Origin: Deltaproteobacteria bacterium
GTDB taxonomy: Bacteria; Desulfobacterota; Desulfuromonadia; Geobacterales; Pseudopelobacteraceae
DNA: 64,000 nucleotides
Direction of reading: 5' to 3'
Assembly: GCA_016182975.1 (NCBI GenBank)
Contig: JACPFJ010000028.1
Span: forward strand, 4,948-68,947
Positions 29,356-39,193 of the stretch are shown here, one piece after another; position 1 is the first letter of the stretch, and each line of letters opens with the position of its first letter. Below the pieces are notes generated by a model that worked only from the letters and a program-made list of their open reading frames with translations, did not search any database and was not told the origin of the DNA. The translations under genes were made by a program, and so were the position numbers.

Positions 29356-29943
29356 TTATTTCTGCGCCGCCGAGACCGAGACCATGGCGGGGCGAAGCAG
29401 TCGTTCCTTGAGCAGATACCCCTTCTGGAACTCCTCCACCACCGTATTGGGGGGGTGCTCATCGGTTGCAACCTGCGACATGGCCTGGTGGAAGGCGGGA
29501 TCAAAGGGGGCGCCGGCTGCCTCCACGGGGGTGACGCCGAACTTCTTCAGGGCTGCCACCAGCATGCAATGGGTCATGCGAATCCCCTCCACCACCGCCG
29601 AGAGACCGTCCTCGTTGGCATGGACCAGGGCGCGCTCCAGGCTGTCCACCACCGGCAGGATCTCCTCGATCAGCGACTTGGTGCCGTAGTTGAGCAGTTC
29701 CTCCTTTTCGCGATTGACCCGTTTGCGGTAGTTTTCCAGATCGGCTCGTTCGCGGAGGTAGCGGTCCCAGTTCTCGCGGCATTCCTTTTCCTTGGCGGCG
29801 AGTTGTTCTTCAAGCTGAAGGATGCGCTCCTCGGGGGGTGCCGGTTCGGCGATTGCGCCGCTTTCGCCGCCGGGCGCTTCGGCTCCGGAGGGGGGTGTCG
29901 CTTTTGCATCCTTGGTGATCTCTACGCTGTCGTGTTTTTTCAT
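29356..29943 (-). CDS. grpE: Nucleotide exchange factor GrpE
   Basis: [29 protein letters not shown]. Confidence 0.96.
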   Translation of the reverse strand: MKKHDSVEITKDAKATPPSGAEAPGGESGAIAEPAPPEERILQLEEQLAAKEKECRENWDRYLRERADLENYRKRVNREKEELLNYGTKSLIEEILPVVDSLERALVHANEDGLSAVVEGIRMTHCMLVAALKKFGVTPVEAAGAPFDPAFHQAMSQVATDEHPPNTVVEEFQKGYLLKERLLRPAMVSVSAAQK

Positions 29944-29990
29944 GATTTCGTATACGTCCTTTTGGTTTGATAATCAGGTCCGGCCGATTT

Positions 29991-31022
29991 TCAGGTCTCG
30001 TTCAAGATCCGGCTCACCAGGCGCGCGGTGTAGTCCACGATGGGGATGACGTTGGAGTACCCCATGCGGGTGGGACCGATCACCCCCAGCAGTCCCACGG
30101 TATTGCTGCTGGTAACGAAGCGCGAGGTGATGAGGCTGACCCCGGCGGACCGGCTGACCGGCGTCTCGGAGCCGATATAGATCTGCACGCCTTCCGCGGT
30201 CATGCAGCGACTCAGGAGTTGCAGCAGATGCCCCTTCTGCTCGAAGGCGCGGAAGATCTCCTGCATCCGCCGCACGTCGCTGAACTCGGGTTGGTCGAGG
30301 ATGCGGGCCTGTCCCTCGACGAAGATCTCATCCCCTTCCATGGCCACGGTTTGCTGGCTGAGGCTCAGGGCACGGGCAATCAGGCGGTCATATTGCACCT
30401 TTTCCGTCGCCATCTCCGTCAGGATGCGCTCCCGCGCCTGGGAGATGGTGAGACCCTGCATCAGTTCGTTCAGATAGTTGCCCATCCTGACCAGGTCTTC
30501 CTCGGGGAAGTCCTCCTCTGTCTCCACCAGCCGGTTCTGTACCGAGCCGTTGCTGGATACCAGGATGGCGAGAACACGGCGGGGGGCCAGGCGAAGGAAC
30601 TCGATGTGACGGAAGACGTTGGATATGAAGCTGGGCGCCACGACGATACCCATATAATTGGAGAGCGAGGAAAGGGTGCGGCTCGTCTCCTTGAGGATGT
30701 CCGACAGCCCCGCCCCTGACTGGCGGCAGCGGCTGATTATCTGTCTTTTTTCCTCGCGGGTGACCTGGCGCAAGGTTACCAGCGAGTCCACGTAGAAGCG
30801 GTAGGCCTTTTCGGTCGGTATTCTGCCGGCGGAGGTGTGGGGCGAGGTCAAAAGTCCCATCTCCTCGAGGTTGGACATGACGTTCCTGACCGTGGCCGAA
30901 GAGAACGTCAGGGCGTGGCGGCGCGCGACGGCGCTGCTGCCTACCGGTTCGGCGGTGGCGATGTAGTCCTCGACGATCGCCTCGAGTATCTGCCTGCTTC
31001 TTGGTGAGAGTTCCACATCCAT
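29991..31022 (-). CDS. hrcA: Heat-inducible repressor HrcA
   Basis: YIATAEPVGS, SSATVRN, PHTSAGRIPT, GVIGPTRMGY. Confidence 0.96.
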   Translation of the reverse strand: MDVELSPRSRQILEAIVEDYIATAEPVGSSAVARRHALTFSSATVRNVMSNLEEMGLLTSPHTSAGRIPTEKAYRFYVDSLVTLRQVTREEKRQIISRCRQSGAGLSDILKETSRTLSSLSNYMGIVVAPSFISNVFRHIEFLRLAPRRVLAILVSSNGSVQNRLVETEEDFPEEDLVRMGNYLNELMQGLTISQARERILTEMATEKVQYDRLIARALSLSQQTVAMEGDEIFVEGQARILDQPEFSDVRRMQEIFRAFEQKGHLLQLLSRCMTAEGVQIYIGSETPVSRSAGVSLITSRFVTSSNTVGLLGVIGPTRMGYSNVIPIVDYTARLVSRILNET

Positions 31023-31039
31023 GACCAGACCCCAAAAAA

Positions 31040-31066
31040 TTAGCACTCATTGCGGCTGAGTGCTAA
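31040..31066. promoter_or_regulatory. CIRCE operator
   Basis: Perfect TTAGCACTC-N9-GAGTGCTAA. Confidence 0.97.
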
Positions 31067-31077
31067 AATCTCCTTTC

Positions 31078-31106
31078 AAATTAATCAGTACCCCGCTATT
31101 TGTCAA
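31078..31106 (-). promoter_or_regulatory. Sigma-70 promoter of the hrcA operon
   Basis: TTGACA-N17-TAATTT on the minus strand, just upstream of CIRCE. Confidence 0.6.
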
Positions 31107-31225
31107 GGACAATTCGCCACTCCGCCGGTGGGGGTATGTCCGTCAAATGGCTTGCTTCGGCCGGGTAAAAAGGTATATAGTTTTTTATTCACGACCATCT
31201 CAGAACAGCTCAAAGGGGAACATCC

Positions 31226-32044
31226 GTGTCCTGGCAGGCCATCGGCATATTCGATTCGGGTGTGGGCGGGCTGACCGTCCTGCGCGAGATCTTCAGGGCG
31301 CTGCCCCAGGAAGATACCATCTACTTCGGCGACACGGCCCGGGTCCCCTACGGCACCAAGTCTCCCGAGACGGTGGCCCGCTATGCGCACGAAATCACCT
31401 CCTTTCTGGTAAGACGCGACATCAAGCTCCTGGTGGTGGCGTGCAATACGGCGTCTGCGGTGGCCCTGAACGGGCTCAAACGGCAGTTCCCCATCCCGGT
31501 GGTGGGGGTGATCGAGCCGGGGGCGCGGCGGGCGGTCGAGGTGTCCAGGAGCGGCCGCATCGGCGTGATCGGCACCGCCGCTACCATCAAGAGCAGCGCC
31601 TACACCCGCGCCATAAAGCGCCTCAACCCCGGGGCAGAGGTCCTGACCCGCTCCTGTCCGCTGTTCGTTCCGCTGGCCGAGGAGGGGTGGACCGACAACG
31701 AGGTGGCGCGTCTCACGGCCCGGAACTACCTGTTGGAGCTGAAGGAGGCGGGGGTGGATACCCTGGTGCTGGGTTGCACCCACTATCCCCTGCTCAAGCC
31801 GGTCATAGCCGAAACCATGGGATCGGATGTCACCCTGGTGGATTCGGCCGAGGAGACCGCCCGGACAGTGGCCGCGATCCTGGCGAAGAAGGATCTGTTG
31901 CGCCCCGCCGCGGAGAAGGGGAATCACCACTACTTCGTGAGCGACATACCGGCCGGCTTCATCCGGGTCGGGAACCGTTTCCTGGGCGGCCGCCTGGGGG
32001 ACGTGTACCAGGTGAACCTCGACAATGATGGGGAGGAGTGCTGA
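31226..32044 (+). CDS. murI: Glutamate racemase
   Basis: FDSGVGGLTV, ACNTAS, LGCTHYP. Confidence 0.96.
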   Translation: MSWQAIGIFDSGVGGLTVLREIFRALPQEDTIYFGDTARVPYGTKSPETVARYAHEITSFLVRRDIKLLVVACNTASAVALNGLKRQFPIPVVGVIEPGARRAVEVSRSGRIGVIGTAATIKSSAYTRAIKRLNPGAEVLTRSCPLFVPLAEEGWTDNEVARLTARNYLLELKEAGVDTLVLGCTHYPLLKPVIAETMGSDVTLVDSAEETARTVAAILAKKDLLRPAAEKGNHHYFVSDIPAGFIRVGNRFLGGRLGDVYQVNLDNDGEEC

Positions 32045-32047
32045 TTC

Positions 32048-32674
32048 ATGCCGCAAGGAGAGCGCAAACAGATCAACATCAGCCTGCTGATACCGTTTCT
32101 GGTGATTGCCCTGGTATTCGGCGTGCTGATCTGGCAGAAATACCGGACGAGCCGCGAGATTCCGCCGGCGCCGCAGGTTGAGCAACCCTCCGGTGCACCT
32201 ACGGCGATCCTGTTTTTCGTGGAGGGGGGAAACAGGCTGGGCCGGGAGGCGCGGGAGCTGGAGCCGTGCGACGGGCCGGCCGCATGCGCCAAGCTCGTAC
32301 TGGACGAGCTCTTCTACGGGCCGGTGGGGGATCTGGACGAGGCGTTGCCGGAAGGCGCGCTGCTCAATAGCGTGCGGATCGAGGGGGATACGGCCGTTGT
32401 CGATCTGAACCGCGCCTTTGCCGACGAACTACCTTCGGTCAGCTCGGCCGAGGTGCTGGCGGTATACTCCATCGTCGACACGCTCTGCGTCAATTTCCCG
32501 CAGATTGCCAGGGTAAAGCTGACCATCGAAGGGGAGGGGAAGGCGCGGCTGCGCCACCTGGACCTCTCCGGCCCGCTCGCACCCGATTATACGCTTGAAC
32601 AGGAACCAAAACCGGAGGGGGAGGGTAAGACAAAGGCTCCATCTACTCCAACCACCAAGAAGGGACGTCCATGA
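32048..32674 (+). CDS. GerMN domain protein
   Basis: N-terminal TM helix; L..GP, AVVDL, E.LAVYSIVDTL. Confidence 0.82.
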   Translation: MPQGERKQINISLLIPFLVIALVFGVLIWQKYRTSREIPPAPQVEQPSGAPTAILFFVEGGNRLGREARELEPCDGPAACAKLVLDELFYGPVGDLDEALPEGALLNSVRIEGDTAVVDLNRAFADELPSVSSAEVLAVYSIVDTLCVNFPQIARVKLTIEGEGKARLRHLDLSGPLAPDYTLEQEPKPEGEGKTKAPSTPTTKKGRP

Positions 32675-35091
32675 AGCCATTCCGCGAAGCCATCCGCGAG
32701 CAGGTGCTGATCCTCGACGGGGCCATGGGGACCATGCTCCAGGAGCGCGGCCTGAAACCGGGGCAGTCACCCGAGGAGCTCAACCTGACCATGCCCGGGG
32801 TAGTGGCCTCGGTGCACCGCGACTATATCGAGGCCGGCGCCGACATCATCATCACCAACACCTTCGGCGGTACCCGTTTCAAGCTGTCCCATTACGGGCT
32901 TGAGGGGCGTCTGGCCGAGATCAATGCCCGCGCCGTGGAGATTGCCCGCAAGGAAGCGGGGGGCAGGGCCTACGTGGGCGCCTCCATGGGACCAACCGGC
33001 CAGTTCGTCGAGCCCTTGGGCGAGGTCTCCTTCGACGAGATGAAGGCCGCCTTCCGCGAGCAGGCCGAGGCCCTGATCCGGGCCGGGGCCGACCTGATCA
33101 GCCTGGAGACCTTTCTGGACATCAAGGAGTGCCGGGCCGCGCTGATCGCGGTGCGCGAGGTCTCCCGCGCAATCCCGGTGATCGCCATGCTGACCTTTGA
33201 CGACAACGGCCGCTCGGTGCTGGGAACGCCGCCCGAGGCGGCCGCCATCACCCTGGCCGCGGCCGGGGCCGACATGGTCGGCTCCAACTGCGGGCTGGGG
33301 GTGGAAGGTATCCATGACATCCTCTCCAAGATGCGGACAGTGACCGATCTGCCGCTCATCTCCCAGGCCAATGCCGGTCTGCCGCAACTCATCGACGGAG
33401 TGACCGTCTTTCCGGGCACACCCGAGGAGATGACCGCCTACCACGACCGCCTGATCGCGCTGGGGGTGCGGGTGATCGGCGGCTGCTGCGGCACGACCCC
33501 GGCCCACATCCGCGCCATGAAGGCGGCGCTCGCAGGGCGCCGCTACCCCTGGCAGCCGCGCGAAGATACCAGCGGCGTCACCTTCCTCTCCTGCCGCGCC
33601 GGCTGGACGGCCGTGGGCGGCGGCAACAAGACCGCCATCATCGGCGAGCGTATCAATCCCACCGGCAAGCGGCTCTACTCGGAGGAACTGGCCGAGGGAA
33701 AGGTGGCCTACATCCGCCGCGAGGCCATGGAGCAGGTCCAGGCCGGAGCGACGCTTTTGGACGTGAACGTGGGGGCGCCGGGGATCGACGAGCCGGCCGC
33801 CATGGAGCGCGCCGTGTTCTGCGTCAGCGGGGCGACCGGCGTGCCGGTCGTGCTGGACTCATCCAGCCCGGCCGCGCTGGAGCGGGGACTCAAGGCCGCC
33901 GACGGCAAGGTGCTGATCAACTCGGTCTCGGGCGAGGCCAAGAGCCTGGCCAGGGTGCTGCCGCTGGCGAAGAGGTATGGCGCCGCCGTGATCGGCCTGA
34001 CCCTGGACGCCAAGGGGATCCCCGCCACGGCCGAGGGACGCCTCGCCATTGCCCGCCGCATCCGCACGGCGGCCCGTAAACATGGCATCCCCGACGCGGA
34101 CGTCATCATCGACTGCCTGACCCTGACGGTCAGCGCCGAGCAGAAGCGCGCCGTCGAGACCCTGCGGGCCATCCGCCTGGTCAAACAAAAGCTGGGTCTT
34201 TCCACTGTGCTGGGTGTCAGCAACATCTCCTTCGGCCTGCCGCAGCGCCCGCTGATATCCGCGGCCTTCTTCGCCATGGCCATGGAGGCCGGCCTGGATG
34301 CGGCCATCATCAACCCCAGGGACAAGGCCATGATGGATGCCTGGCGCTCGGCCCAGGTGCTGCTCAACCGCGACCTCCGGGCCGCAGACTACATCGAGGC
34401 GTATCGCGGCGAGCAGGCCGCCGCCACTGTGGCGGCTGCCGTCACCGACCGGCCGCTCTCCATCCGCGAACGGCTTTCCCTGGCAATCATCAACGGCGAG
34501 CGCGACGGTATCGTCTCACTGGTGGAACAGGCGCTGGGCGAAGGGCTGACCCCGATGCAGGTCAGCAGCGAAGGGTTTCTCCCCGGCCTGGAGGAGGTCG
34601 GGCGGCGCTTCGAGCGGAACATCTTCTTCCTCCCCCAGGTGATGCAGTCGGCCGATACCATGCAGGCCGGTTTCGCCCGCCTGAAGGAGGAGATGAAGGG
34701 GCAGGCCTTCGAAAGCCGCGGCCGCATCCTGATGGCCACCGTCGAGGGGGACATCCACGACATCGGCAAGAACATCGTCTGCACCCTGCTGGAGAACCAC
34801 GGCTTCGAGGTCTTCGACATCGGCAAGAACGTCCCGGCCGCCACCATCCTCGCCAAGGCCGGGGAATACGCGGTGGATGCGGTCGGGCTCTCGGCGCTGA
34901 TGACCACCACCATGTCCGAGATGGACAACGTCATCAAGAGGCTGCGCAGCGCCGGGATCAAGACCTTCACCATGGTGGGGGGAGCGGTGGTGACCCAGGA
35001 GTACGCCGACCGCATCGGCGCCGACCTCTACGCCCGCGATGCGATGGAGGCGGTGGCCAAGGTGAAGCGGCTGCTGGCGGCTGACAGCTAG
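32671..35091 (+). CDS. metH: B12-dependent methionine synthase-like protein lacking the reactivation domain
   Basis: LDGAMGT and GGCCGT (homocysteine-binding), IGERINPTG (pterin-binding), DIHDIGKN (B12-binding). Confidence 0.88.
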   Translation: MKPFREAIREQVLILDGAMGTMLQERGLKPGQSPEELNLTMPGVVASVHRDYIEAGADIIITNTFGGTRFKLSHYGLEGRLAEINARAVEIARKEAGGRAYVGASMGPTGQFVEPLGEVSFDEMKAAFREQAEALIRAGADLISLETFLDIKECRAALIAVREVSRAIPVIAMLTFDDNGRSVLGTPPEAAAITLAAAGADMVGSNCGLGVEGIHDILSKMRTVTDLPLISQANAGLPQLIDGVTVFPGTPEEMTAYHDRLIALGVRVIGGCCGTTPAHIRAMKAALAGRRYPWQPREDTSGVTFLSCRAGWTAVGGGNKTAIIGERINPTGKRLYSEELAEGKVAYIRREAMEQVQAGATLLDVNVGAPGIDEPAAMERAVFCVSGATGVPVVLDSSSPAALERGLKAADGKVLINSVSGEAKSLARVLPLAKRYGAAVIGLTLDAKGIPATAEGRLAIARRIRTAARKHGIPDADVIIDCLTLTVSAEQKRAVETLRAIRLVKQKLGLSTVLGVSNISFGLPQRPLISAAFFAMAMEAGLDAAIINPRDKAMMDAWRSAQVLLNRDLRAADYIEAYRGEQAAATVAAAVTDRPLSIRERLSLAIINGERDGIVSLVEQALGEGLTPMQVSSEGFLPGLEEVGRRFERNIFFLPQVMQSADTMQAGFARLKEEMKGQAFESRGRILMATVEGDIHDIGKNIVCTLLENHGFEVFDIGKNVPAATILAKAGEYAVDAVGLSALMTTTMSEMDNVIKRLRSAGIKTFTMVGGAVVTQEYADRIGADLYARDAMEAVAKVKRLLAADS

Positions 35092-35113
35092 CGGCTAGCG
35101 GCTGGGGGTGTTC

Positions 35114-35428
35114 ATGGTCCTGGGCTTCAATCACAACGTCATGTACAAGGGGGAGCTGTTCCACGTCCAGACCGAGGACAGCGGCGTCGCCAACCCCCAT
35201 ATCATCACCCTGCTCTACAAGGGAGGGGCCATCCTCTGTTCCAGGAAGACCAGCTATGCCGACATCCTCGGGATGGAGAACCTCGGGCAGACAGTGCAGG
35301 AGCTGATGAAGGAGCAGCACAAGGGTATGATGCGCAGCCTGAAGAACGGGGAGTTCGACGAGCGTGCGTTTTCGACCAGGGACGCCGATGAAGGGCAGGC
35401 TCAACCGCAGCGCCGGGAGTTTAATTAA
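35114..35428 (+). CDS. Conserved-looking hypothetical protein
   Basis: GFNHNVMYKG..FHVQTEDSG; in-operon position and GC3-biased codons. Confidence 0.8.
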   Translation: MVLGFNHNVMYKGELFHVQTEDSGVANPHIITLLYKGGAILCSRKTSYADILGMENLGQTVQELMKEQHKGMMRSLKNGEFDERAFSTRDADEGQAQPQRREFN

Positions 35429-35429
35429 C

Positions 35430-36929
35430 GTGTTCAAGAGCCTGACAACCAGAATTATCGTTACCACCATCGCCCTCCTGGTCTGCGGTATCTACATCTA
35501 CACCTTCTTCAACGTGCGCCACCAGCAGTCGCAACTCATCGAGGCCGCCAGGGAGAGCACCGAGCTCCTGCTGCATACGGTCGAGAGCAGTATCTATAAC
35601 ACCATGCACCTGGGGAATGTGCAGGACGTGGGTTCGATCCTTGCCATGGTCGGCCAGCACAACCAGCTGGTCGGTGTCCGCATCTTCCATCCCCACGGTG
35701 TGATTCAGCGCTCGTCCGACCCCTCGGAGGTGGGGCGCGCGGTGAACGTGAACGACTACAAGCTCTTCCAGAGCCCCAAGAATTACGGGATCTTCGACCT
35801 CCCACCCCATGGTGAGGTCCTGACGATGGTCAAGCCGATCTACAACGAGCCGGTCTGCCACACCTGCCACGGCAACAAGGCCAGGGTGATCGGCGTTCTC
35901 GATATCAACTATTCCCTCAGGCGCACCAAGATGCAGATGCTGGAGGCGTCCCGCATCTTCATCTTCTCTTCGGTGGCGATTACCGTTTTCCTGGCCATCG
36001 CCATCTCGCTGATCCTGTTGAAATTCGTCAAACGCCCCCTGGATCGTATCATCGAAAATATGTCGCGGGTGGAAAACGGCGATCTGAGCGTCCGCATCGA
36101 CTACCGGGGCCGGGACGAGATCGGGCGCCTGATAACGAGCTTCAACTCGATGGTTGACCGGCTCGGCGCTACCAAGGGCGAGCTTGAAAAGTACCATTTC
36201 CAGCAACTGGAGCGGGCCGACCGGCTGGCATCCATCGGTGAAATGGCTGCCGGCATAGCCCATGAGATCAAGAACCCGCTGGCGGGTATTTCGGCGGCGG
36301 TGACCATCATCAGGGACGACCTCGCTGACTCCGATCCGCGCGGCGAGATCCTGAGCGAGGTCCTGCAACAGGTGCAGCGTCTGGACAAGACGGTCAATGA
36401 CCTGCTCTTCTTCGGCAAGCCCTCGATGCCGGAACTCGCCTGCATCGACATCAACGAGGTCATCGAGAAGACCCTCAAGTTTGCCTCGCAGCATCGCGGC
36501 TTGTTGAACATCGAAAAACGGCTCGAACTGGCCCCCGACCTCCCCACCGTGTATGCCGACGGCAAGCAGATGCAGCAGGTGTTCCTCAACATCATCCTGA
36601 ATGCCTTCCAGGCCATGGTCGGCGGCGGTACACTGACCATTACCACGTATCTCAGTTCGCACGATGAGCGGGCTTTCGTGCGGATTGACGTTGCCGACAC
36701 CGGCCCTGGCATCCCTCCCCAGGTACTGGAGAAGATATTCACGCCGTTTTTTACCACCAAGGCCCAGGGTACCGGCCTGGGGTTGCCCATCTGCTGCAAG
36801 CTGGTCCGTCTGCACAACGGAGAGATGCGGGTCGCCAGCGACGACAGCAACGGCACCGTCTTCACCGTCGAGTTGCCGGCCTGCAACGTGCACGAGATCG
36901 ATGACGCAAGGGGAGATCATGAAGCGTAA
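35430..36929 (+). CDS. Sensor histidine kinase with a periplasmic CxxCH motif
   Basis: TM-periplasmic domain (CHTCH)-TM-HAMP, AHEIKNP, PFFTTK. Confidence 0.92.
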   Translation: MFKSLTTRIIVTTIALLVCGIYIYTFFNVRHQQSQLIEAARESTELLLHTVESSIYNTMHLGNVQDVGSILAMVGQHNQLVGVRIFHPHGVIQRSSDPSEVGRAVNVNDYKLFQSPKNYGIFDLPPHGEVLTMVKPIYNEPVCHTCHGNKARVIGVLDINYSLRRTKMQMLEASRIFIFSSVAITVFLAIAISLILLKFVKRPLDRIIENMSRVENGDLSVRIDYRGRDEIGRLITSFNSMVDRLGATKGELEKYHFQQLERADRLASIGEMAAGIAHEIKNPLAGISAAVTIIRDDLADSDPRGEILSEVLQQVQRLDKTVNDLLFFGKPSMPELACIDINEVIEKTLKFASQHRGLLNIEKRLELAPDLPTVYADGKQMQQVFLNIILNAFQAMVGGGTLTITTYLSSHDERAFVRIDVADTGPGIPPQVLEKIFTPFFTTKAQGTGLGLPICCKLVRLHNGEMRVASDDSNGTVFTVELPACNVHEIDDARGDHEA

Positions 36930-38292
36930 CAAGATACTGGTCGTTGACGATGAACATCTGATCCGCTGGTCGCTGGAGCAGAACCTCAAAAAACAGGGTT
37001 TCGAGGTGGTTACCGCCGGCAGCGGCGAGGACGCCCTGCGTCTCGCCCGCGAGGAAGAGCCCGATCTGGTGCTGCTGGATATCCAGTTGCCCGGCATCAG
37101 CGGCATCGAGGTGCTGGAAAGGCTCAAGGATCATGACGAGGAGGTCGTCGTCATCATGGTCACGGCCCACGGCGGCCTGGAGACGGCGGTCAACGCCATG
37201 CGTATCGGGGCCCACGACTATATCAGCAAGCCGTTCAATCTCGATGAACTCTCCATAATCATCAAAAAGGCACTGGAGACCTCCGACCTCAAGCGCGAGG
37301 TGGCCAGGCTCCGCTACGAGACGAAAAAATCGATCCCGCCCAATATCATCGGCTTCAGCAGACACATGAAGTACCTGATGGAGGTTCTGGACAAGGTAGC
37401 CAGGAGCGAGGCGTCAACGGTGCTGGTGCAGGGTGAATCGGGCACCGGCAAGGAATTGGTGGCCAAGTGGATCCACTACAGCTCGAACCGGGCGGAAAGA
37501 CCCTTCATCGCCATCAACTGCGCCGCGGTGCCGGCCACCCTGCTGGAAAGCGAGCTGTTCGGCCATGAAAAGGGGGCCTTTACCGACGCCAAGGCCACCA
37601 AAAAGGGGCTTTTCGAGTTGGCCGACGGCGGTTCGGTGTTTCTCGACGAGATCGGCGACATGGAGATGGGGATGCAGGCCAAGCTGCTGCGTTTCCTGGA
37701 AGACCGCACATTCCGGCGCATCGGCGGCGGACGTGTCTTCACGGTGGACGTCCGTATCATCTCCGCCACCAACAAGGACCTGCAGAAGGCCATCGAGGAG
37801 AAGACCTTCCGCAACGACCTCTATTACCGCCTGCAGGTGATTCCCATCTTCCTGCCTCCCTTGCGGGAACGCAGGGAGGATATCATCCCTCTGGCCAAGC
37901 ATTTCATCGAGATATATAACAGGGACTTCAATAAAAAGGTCCAGGGGATCGCCGCCATGGCCGAACGCATGATGCACGATTACAACTGGCCGGGCAATGT
38001 GCGCGAGCTGAAAAACGTTATCGAGCGGGCCATAATCCTGGGCAATGACGAGACGCTCCTTCTGGAAAACCTGCCGTTGGAGATCACGGCAGGGGCGGCC
38101 CCCCAGGGTGATGAGCCCATGGCGGCGTTTCGCCTTCCACCCGAGGGCATCGATATTGAAGAGGTCGAAAAGGACCTTATCCGCCAGGCCCTGGAGTGTA
38201 CCGAGTGGAACCAGTCCAAGGCGGCAAAAAAACTCAATCTGGGCATTGACGCGTTCCGCTATCGGATGAAGAAATTCGGTTACCTGAAATAG
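36919..38292 (+). CDS. Sigma-54-dependent response regulator
   Basis: Receiver domain, [14 protein letters not shown], Fis HTH. Confidence 0.93.
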   Translation: MKRNKILVVDDEHLIRWSLEQNLKKQGFEVVTAGSGEDALRLAREEEPDLVLLDIQLPGISGIEVLERLKDHDEEVVVIMVTAHGGLETAVNAMRIGAHDYISKPFNLDELSIIIKKALETSDLKREVARLRYETKKSIPPNIIGFSRHMKYLMEVLDKVARSEASTVLVQGESGTGKELVAKWIHYSSNRAERPFIAINCAAVPATLLESELFGHEKGAFTDAKATKKGLFELADGGSVFLDEIGDMEMGMQAKLLRFLEDRTFRRIGGGRVFTVDVRIISATNKDLQKAIEEKTFRNDLYYRLQVIPIFLPPLRERREDIIPLAKHFIEIYNRDFNKKVQGIAAMAERMMHDYNWPGNVRELKNVIERAIILGNDETLLLENLPLEITAGAAPQGDEPMAAFRLPPEGIDIEEVEKDLIRQALECTEWNQSKAAKKLNLGIDAFRYRMKKFGYLK

Positions 38293-38349
38293 TCTTCCAA
38301 CAGGAATTTTCTCTTGATTTGCCTTGCAATCTGACGTACCGTTCAATTT

Positions 38350-38982
38350 ATGAACGGTATCGATAGCGGCGTCACTGACGATGTGAAGGCATTCCAACTC
38401 CTCTCCGAGGTGACGGATGAGCAGCCCATTTCCCAGCGTGAACTGGCCAGGCGTCTGGGCATCGCCCTGGGGCTGGTCAACTCCTACATCAGGAACTTCG
38501 TGGCCAAGGGGTTCATCCGTGTCAAGAACTATCCCCGCAACCGTTACGCCTATCTGCTGACCCCCCAGGGCGTGGCCGAAAAGGCCAGGCTCGCCTGCCG
38601 GCATGTCCATTACTTCACCAACCTGTACACGGTTACCCGTCAGGCCTATCTGCAGCTCTTCAGGGAGCTTGCCGAACGCGGAATCGCGCGGGTCGCGTTC
38701 TGCGGCGTTGACGAGGTCGCCGAGATCGCCTGGCTTTCGCTCAGGGAGGTCGGCTTGGACCTGGCGGAGGTTATGGATGACGATCGCGCCGGGAGCGCTT
38801 TCATGGGGAGGGAGGTCGTAACGCTGGCCCGCGGCCTCTTGACGGGCAATCATCTGGTTGTGATCACATCGTTGAAGCGGACGGAGCAGTTGAGTGAGCG
38901 CTTGCGGGAACTGGGCATCGTCGCCGAGGTCATCCACCACCCCGCCCTGTCCGGTACGGTGGAGAACGGTCACGATAATTAA
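38350..38982 (+). CDS. MarR-type wHTH regulator (EPS-associated type)
   Basis: SQRELARRLGIALGLVN..KG, YAYLLTPQG..EK. Confidence 0.85.
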   Translation: MNGIDSGVTDDVKAFQLLSEVTDEQPISQRELARRLGIALGLVNSYIRNFVAKGFIRVKNYPRNRYAYLLTPQGVAEKARLACRHVHYFTNLYTVTRQAYLQLFRELAERGIARVAFCGVDEVAEIAWLSLREVGLDLAEVMDDDRAGSAFMGREVVTLARGLLTGNHLVVITSLKRTEQLSERLRELGIVAEVIHHPALSGTVENGHDN

Positions 38983-39174
38983 ACCTAAATTCTGTAAACC
39001 TCACCACAGAGACACAGAGGGCACAGAGAAAATCTTTTTAGTTACAATACATTAGACATGTATATCAAGGGTTATGCTGCTCACCCTTTTGGTGATTAAT
39101 CTATTTAAAAAAATCTCTGTGATTTCTCTGTGTTCTCTGTGACTCTGTGGTTGAAGTGCCGTTTTCAGGTTAAA
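38979..39174. repeat. ~200-bp MITE-like element, copy 2
   Basis: aaacctaaattctgtaaacctcaccacagagacacagag ... ctctgtgactctgtggttgaagtgccg; homologous to 25393-25592. Confidence 0.85.
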
Positions 39175-39193
39175 CATCTTTGGAGGCGTTTGA

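Noticed and set aside
32671..35091. metH as a truncated pseudogene
   Set aside because: Versions of about 800 aa without the reactivation domain are a known architecture in anaerobes, and the ORF is intact.
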